NCBI GenBank assembly: GCA_047495785.1
Contig: JBLDXI010000016.1
Coordinates: 682,001-746,000, forward strand
DNA length: 64,000 nucleotides
Source: Lepidodermella squamata
Lineage: Eukaryota > Animalia > Gastrotricha
Direction of reading: 5' to 3'
The stretch's first letter is position 1, and every line of letters begins with the position of its first letter. A program made the translations under genes and the position numbers. Shown piece after piece: positions 61,890 through 64,000 of the stretch. The notes under the pieces were generated by a model. That model was not told the DNA's origin, ran no database searches, and saw nothing but the letters and a program-made list of their open reading frames with translations.

Positions 61890-64000
61890 CGAAATTTGTA
61901 TTGTTATCAATCTGTAATCTTTAAAGGTAAAATATTCGATGATATCGGCTTTGCGAAGCTAGCTTGCTATTTTTATTGATTTTGGATCGCTGTTTTTTCG
62001 TGGAGCGATGAAATTATGATTTGATTTTCTGACCGCTTTTTACGTAACTAAGTAAACAATAAAATTGCGCTGATAATTTTTCAGAATAAATTGAGTTTAA
62101 GTTACGATCAACACAGTATAATTCGAATATGAACCGATGAGCGAGAAGCATTCAGGGTTCCTGTGCAAACTCGAACTGTTTCCAGAGCTTCCGAGGTGTG
62201 AACAATTGAATAAGCGCCGATTTTCTCACCAATTCTAGACTTTCCCTGTTCGGAAAGTACTCCATAGCTTCAGAAATTAGCTACTGCCAAATTCACCTTG
62301 TCAACGTACTTGTAAATAGCAAAGAAAATCGGTACAGGGGCTTCTTCATCGATGAATTTAACGATTTCGACCCATTCACGTTGCAATTTTCACTCACTCC
62401 GGGTTGATTTTTGTGATTTTCGTAATCAGCCTTGAGGTGGTTACCACTCGGCAGTTGCTCAATTACCGCGTTCATGCTCAATCAGCGATTTCGTATGATT
62501 CTCCACACAATGAAATTACCGACTTCGAGATGGACATTATTTGCTGCCGAATTGAAAATTTCACTCACCATGCATTTAGATTTTCGATTCACGATAAAGC
62601 TTAACACCTCAAGCTGAACACCCCAGCAGCTGCCTCGCATTAATATTTTTCTTAATTACTGAGCAAGATAAAGCCTCCGAGGCCGCACAGTTGGACTGCA
62701 CGCCAAAGCGGACGAGTAATTCCAACGTTCCGATGGCCTACAGCTGTTTTTCTGCTTCCGCCTTGTGACCTTTGAACGCCTCCAAATCAGCGAATTTTTC
62801 TAATTTGAGAATTTTAGGCGGAAATGACGGAATATTCTTTTGCCTCCTGCATGAGATTCAGGACCTTATTGAAGCTCAAAGTATTTAAATAGCTTCGTTA
62901 TTGATTGATTCACATCCGGAGGCAAGCGACCAATTCTTCTTCCACGAATTGTGGCTACGTAAATTCAAATCAGGCCGTAAGCAGCTAGGCTGATATTTAC
63001 CAATTTCGAGAGAGAAATGCCAACCGGTTGTTCCTCGGAATCACAATAATCCAGTGAATCGCAATAGAAATGAAGCATCACAGTACAAATCGAGGCACTG
63101 TGAGAATTGATTTTTTAGAGAAAATACAGGATAAGATGGCTAATCTAAACAAAACTATCAGCTGAGGTTAAGGGGCGAACACATAAAACGCCTCTTACGT
63201 ATGCAGACAGCGGAACACGGGCGGTGATGTAAACACATCGAGAGGCGTTAAAAAAAATCGAATAGGAACCCCGCCATTCGATTTGCAGCTGCTAGTATTA
63301 CCGCCACACCAAACAGATTTTTTGTCTTCAAAAATAACAGAAGATGCAGCGAAACATAACTATGTTTCGGTTTCATGTGCAATGTCACTTCACGTTCATT
63401 CGAGCCGAAATTATTAAATACGCATGTTTACCCTTTATCCTTTGACGAGACCGGAAGGGTGATATAGTGAAATGGTTCCCTCCGCGTATGCGATATATTC
63501 CGCATTACAACGCATCAGTTTTTGATCTAATAGCAACCATTTCCTAATTAGCATAGTTAGTGCTATAAAAACCGGTCATCCCTTCAGCTTATTTACGACT
63601 TCATAAAAATTCCGTGGTAACGTAAACACCCACAAATGCACTTCAGACCAGTTATTGTTAATCTCCCTTTTATTGCTTACCGAAGGTAATAAAAATCAAT
63701 AAGTTGCGCTACCTAAGGTAAGGAAAGCAAGAAACAGGTTTCTCCTGTTCGACCTAAACAATAATCTCCCAGTTATTATTGTTTTTGTAGGAAATTTGTT
63801 TGTATTTATAGGATTTTGTAAAAATGCCGCGAACAACGCTTACTTTGACGCGGAAAGCAGCATCAACAGCTTTCGAGCCTGTGAGGCTCTTGTGGGAGTA
63901 CTTCCTGGCCTCTCTGATCTACATGCTTACATTTCCGTTCTCGGAAATCGCGCTCATGGCTGTTGATAGAGTAAAAATTTTGACTCCGAAAAATTGTTTT

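Noticed and set aside
62100-64000. Short coding-looking minus-strand segments near the window end
   Set aside because: Interrupted by stops, with no family motif; I could not build a gene model.

Overview
Eukaryotic (invertebrate animal) genomic DNA from a compact genome. It is gene-dense, with GT-AG introns that are nearly all about 50-60 nt, so the ORF track shows only fragments; the gene models below were spliced by hand. The window is dominated by tandem arrays. (1) 1-17.8 kb, minus strand: a roughly three-fold repeated cassette. Each unit has a two-domain S1 serine protease (dead N-terminal domain plus active C-terminal domain) and up to three subtypes of an unrecognised ~124-aa secreted, highly basic two-exon protein. 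There are 8 small-protein loci (4 intact, 1 altered, 3 pseudogenes). (2) Four alkylglycerol monooxygenase (AGMO) paralogues, one an apparent pseudo-enzyme. (3) Two WC[P/S]PC nucleoredoxin/tryparedoxin-like thioredoxins. (4) An atypical Cys-loop channel subunit with a large beta-rich N-terminal domain on a mucin stalk. (5) A globin cluster (2 intact, 2 pseudogenes) lacking a distal His. (6) Two short cadherin-like membrane proteins. These are followed by a STELLO-like gene, a GABA-B-like class C GPCR, a BTB-BACK gene, the fourth AGMO, a LamG/C-type lectin gene, SLC26A11-like and BROX. Non-autonomous mobile elements include a tRNA-derived CORE-type SINE and MITEs with Tc1/mariner-like (TA), piggyBac-like (TTAA), PIF/Harbinger-like and foldback signatures. 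The best candidates for undescribed biology are the protease + basic secreted protein cassette and the tethered-domain Cys-loop receptor. I cannot identify the species, and no database searches were run.
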